From Chiloscyllium plagiosum (lineage: Eukaryota): DNA of 38,908 nt. The position numbers were made by a program, and so were the translations under genes. Shown here piece by piece: positions 35,205 through 38,908 of this stretch. The first letter of the stretch is position 1; every line of letters starts with the position of its first letter. The stretch spans positions 10,093,059 to 10,131,966 of the forward strand of contig NC_057718.1 in the NCBI RefSeq assembly GCF_004010195.1, written 5' to 3'. The notes under the pieces were generated by a model. That model was not told the origin of the DNA. It saw nothing but the letters and a program-made list of their open reading frames with translations, and ran no database searches.

Positions 35205-35307
35205 CTTCACTGGTTCCAGTGTGACCGTGAAAGCATCTTGTAGGGCGCAACAGGCCAGTCTCCACATTTCATCAGTAAACACAGGGCCAGCTGTGACCAG
35301 GACGTAC
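35205..35307 (-). CDS. ARFGEF3: ARFGEF3 internal exon (103 nt); upstream exons lie beyond the right edge
   Basis: Acceptor ttctgtttcag|G. Encodes YVLVTAGPVFTDEMWRLACCALQDAFTVTLEPVK. Donor AAG|gtaggt. Confidence 0.94.
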
Positions 35308-35941
35308 CTGAAACAGAATTACCAGCATAAAGTAGAAAGCAGAACAGCGGAGATGCACAGTCAGGGCAACTCAAAAACCTCACACCGAATCTAACACACA
35401 AGCCAGACTCCAGATGGTCATCTGCGAAAATCTCCAAACAAGCATCATGTAAGAGAAATATCAATGAGGATCGCACAGTTATCCAGTGTGACAATGTCAC
35501 CAACATACTAACGCTGGTACAGGTAAATGCTCTGGGGACATGTGTTCAAGACAGGTGCTAGATATTAAAATCAGCTCATCAATTTGGGATTGGAAGGTAG
35601 TCCTGGTTAATCCTGAAACTCTCATTAATGGCTACAGGAACTGATCATCTGCTTCACAAATCCCATCCTTACCTGGTGTGGCCTATGTGACTCCAGACCC
35701 ACAGCAACATGGATGTCTCTTAGCTACCCTCTGAAATGGCCAAGTAAGCCAGTCAGCTCAAGAGCAATTAGAGATAGGCATCAAGTGCTGGATGTGCCAG
35801 AGATCACATCCCACGTAAGAATTTTTAAAAACTTCTAAATCCCTTTCTAACAGCACTGTGGGTGAACCTACACAACCCCTCTTTCAAAACGAGTTGCAGC
35901 ATATATGTAGATATTTCCTATTCAGCTCCCCCCATTGTGTT

Positions 35942-37368
35942 GCAAGAGAATAGGGCCCCTCAAAGATCAGCAAAGCGACCTTTGTGTGGAGCCACAGAAA
36001 ATGGGAGAGATACTAAATGAATATTTTGCGTCAGTATTTACTGTGGAAAAGGATATGGAAGATATAGACTGTAGGGAAATAGATGGTGACATCTTGCAAA
36101 ATGTTCAGATTACAGAGGAGGAAGTGCTGGATGTCTTGAAATGGTTAAAGGTGGATAAATCCCCAGGACCTGATCAGGTATACCCGAGAACTCTGTGGGA
36201 AGCTAGAGAAGTGATTGCTGGGCCTCTTGCTGAGATATTTGTATCATCGATAGTCACAGNNNNNNNNNNNNNNNNNNNNNNNNNNNNNNNNNNNNNNNNN
36301 NNNNNNNNNNNNNNNNNNNNNNNNNNNNNNNNNNNNNNNNNNNNNNNNNNNNNNNNNNNNNNNNNNNNNNNNNNNNNNNNNNNNNNNNNNNNNNNNNNNN
36401 NNNNNNNNNNNNNNNNNNNNNNNNNNNNNNNNNNNNNNNNNNNNNNNNNNNNNNNNNNNNNNNNNNNNNNNNNNNNNNNNNNNNNNNNNNNNNNNNNNNN
36501 NNNNNNNNNNNNNNNNNNNNNNNNNNNNNNNNNNNNNNNNNNNNNNNNNNNNNNNNNNNNNNNNNNNNNNNNNNNNNNNNNNNNNNNNNNNNNNNNNNNN
36601 NNNNNNNNNNNNNNNNNNNNNNNNNNNNNNNNNNNNNNNNNNNNNNNNNNNNNNNNNNNNNNNNNNNNNNNNNNNNNNNNNNNNNNNNNNNNNNNNNNNN
36701 NNNNNNNNNNNNNNNNNNNNNNNNNNNNNNNNNNNNNNNNNNNNNNNNNNNNNNNNNNNNNNNNNNNNNNNNNNNNNNNNNNNNNNNNNNNNNNNNNNNN
36801 NNNNNNNNNNNNNNNNNNNNNNNNNNNNNNNNNNNNNNNNNNNNNNNNNNNNNNNNNNNNNNNNNNNNNNNNNNNNNNNNNNNNNNNNNNNNNNNNNNNN
36901 NNNNNNNNNNNNNNNNNNNNNNNNNNNNNNNNNNNNNNNNNNNNNNNNNNNNNNNNNNNNNNNNNNNNNNNNNNNNNNNNNNNNNNNNNNNNNNNNNNNN
37001 NNNNNNNNNNNNNNNNNNNNNNNNNNNNNNNNNNNNNNNNNNNNNNNNNNNNNNNNNNNNNNNNNNNNNNNNNNNNNNNNNNNNNNNNNNNNNNNNNNNN
37101 NNNNNNNNNNNNNNNNNNNNNNNNAGGGGCAACCTTTTAACGCAGAGGGTGGTACGTGTATGGAATGAGCTGCCAGAGGAAGTGGTGGAGGCTGGTACAA
37201 TTGCAACATTTAAGAGGCATTGGATAGGAATATGAATAGGAAGGGTTTGGAGGGATATGAGCCAGGTGCTGGTAGGTGGGACTAGATTAGTTCGGGATAT
37301 CTGGTCGGCATGGACAGGTTAGACCAAAGAATCTGTTTCCATGCTGTACATCTCTATGAGTCTATGAC
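35942..37368 (+). mobile_element. CR1 LINE ORF2 fragment(s) spanning an assembly gap (36260-37124)
   Basis: RIGPLKDQ...EILNEYFASVFT...KSPGPDQVYPRTLWEAREVIAGPLAEIF. After the gap come QRVVRVWNELP and the tail tctctatgagtctatga. Confidence 0.9.
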
Positions 37369-37819
37369 ATGTTCCCCAATAAGCCACTCACCATCCTTAC
37401 TTGGAAATATATCACTGTTCCCTCAGTGTCACTGGGTCAAAATCCTGGAATTCCCTCTGTACAACAGGTGGACTGCAACTGTTCAAGAAGGCAGCTCACC
37501 ACCACCTCCATCTTAAGGGCAACTAAGGACAGGCAATAAAGGCTTGCCTAGACAGCAATGCCCACATTCCATGATCCAATAAATTAAATAAAAATTGAAA
37601 AAATAAGAAATTAATAAAAATGTTTTGGACAGGAGGACAGAGGATATATAGTATCAGGCCATTCAGCCCAACTAGTCCATGCACATCCTTACACTCCACT
37701 CAAGCCTCCTGCCATCTTTACTCATCTCACTCTATTCTAATGCATAGCCAGTTTCTTCTGAACTGCATCTACAGTGTTGATGCAGTTTTTAGCATTTAGA
37801 TTTTACTGTCACATGGATC

Positions 37820-38908
37820 CCATGGAATACGGGGAGATTTAGCCATTTGGATACAGAACTGGCTCAAAGGTAGAAGACAGAGGGTGGTGGTGGAAGGTTG
37901 TTTTTCAGATTGGAGGCCTGTGACCAGTGGAGTGCCACAACAATCCTTGCTGGGCCCTCTACTTTTCATGATTCATATAAATGATTTTGATGTGAGCATA
38001 AGAGGTATAGTTAGTAAGTTTGCAAATGACACCAAAATTGGAGGTGTAGTGAACAGCAAAGAGGGTTACCTCAGATTACAATGGGATCTTGATCAGATGG
38101 GCCAATGGGCTGAGAAGTGGCAGATGGAGTTTAATTTAGATAAATGGGAGATGCTGCATTTTGGGAAAGCAAATCTTGGCAGGACTTATACACTTAATGG
38201 TAACGTCATAGGGCATATTGCTGAACAAAGAGACCTTGGAGTGCAGGTTCATAGCTTCTTGAAAGTGGAGTCGCAGGTAGATAGGATGGTGAAGTATGCT
38301 TTCCTTTATTGGTCAGAATATTAAGTACAGGAGTTGGGAGATCATGTGGCTGTACAGGACTTTGGTTAGGCCACTGTTGGAATATTGTGTGCAATTCTGG
38401 TCTCCTTCCTGTTGGAAAGACATTGTGAAACTTGAAAGGGTTCAGAAGAGATTTACAAGGACGTTGCCAGAGTTGGAGGATTTGAGCTATAGAGAGAGGT
38501 TGAATAGGCTATGGCTGTTTTCCCTGAAGCATCAGAGGCTAAGGGGTGACCTTATAGAGGCTTAAACAATCATGAGGGGCATGGATAGGATAAATAGATG
38601 AGGCCCTTTCCTTGGGGTGGGGGAATCCAGAACTGGAGGGCATAGATTTAGGGTGAGAGGGGAAAGATATAAAAGAGACCTAAGGGGCAACTTTTTCATG
38701 CAGAGGGTGGTACGTGTATGGAATGACCTGCCAGAGGAAGTGGTGGAGGCTGGTACAATTGCAACATTTAAAAGGCATCTGGATGGGTATATGAATAGGA
38801 AGGGTTTGGAGGGATATGGGCTGGGTGCTGGCAGGTGGGACTAGATTGGTTTGGGATATCTGGTCGGCATGGATGGGTTGGACCGAAGGGTCTGTTTCCA
38901 TGCTGTAC
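37820..38908 (+). mobile_element. CR1 LINE, 5'-truncated (RT domain to 3' tail), frameshifted
   Basis: VTSGVPQQSLLGPLLF...KFANDTKIG...[15 protein letters not shown]...QRVVRVWNDLP, then the 3' UTR. Confidence 0.92.

Overview
Vertebrate genomic DNA, very probably from a shark or other elasmobranch, inferred from the HE1-type SINEs, abundant CR1/HER1-type LINEs and Penelope-like repeats. The window has three N gaps and holds the convergent 3' ends of two genes. NHSL1 contributes its last coding exon (+, 3707-4502) and 3' UTR. ARFGEF3/BIG3 contributes its last five constitutive coding exons (-, 35307 down to the stop at 15350) and a probable ~6.3 kb 3' UTR ending near 9010. Everything else is intron or UTR dominated by retroelements (CR1, Penelope, RTE, SINEs). 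Main observations: (1) a 9-nt, frame-preserving candidate microexon in ARFGEF3 (28296-28304, -) with SRRM3/4-type splice architecture that the ORF track cannot show; (2) short palindromic Penelope-derived inserts, five with 11-15 bp target-site duplications, carrying hammerhead-ribozyme cores (back-to-back in the more complete copies), four of them in the predicted ARFGEF3 3' UTR; (3) no recognisable HEBP2 between ARFGEF3 and NHSL1; (4) a ~510 bp near-identical duplication next to assembly gaps; (5) the rarely retained 5' end (ORF1) of a CR1 element. Gene and repeat names come from recognising sequence and motifs, not from database searches.
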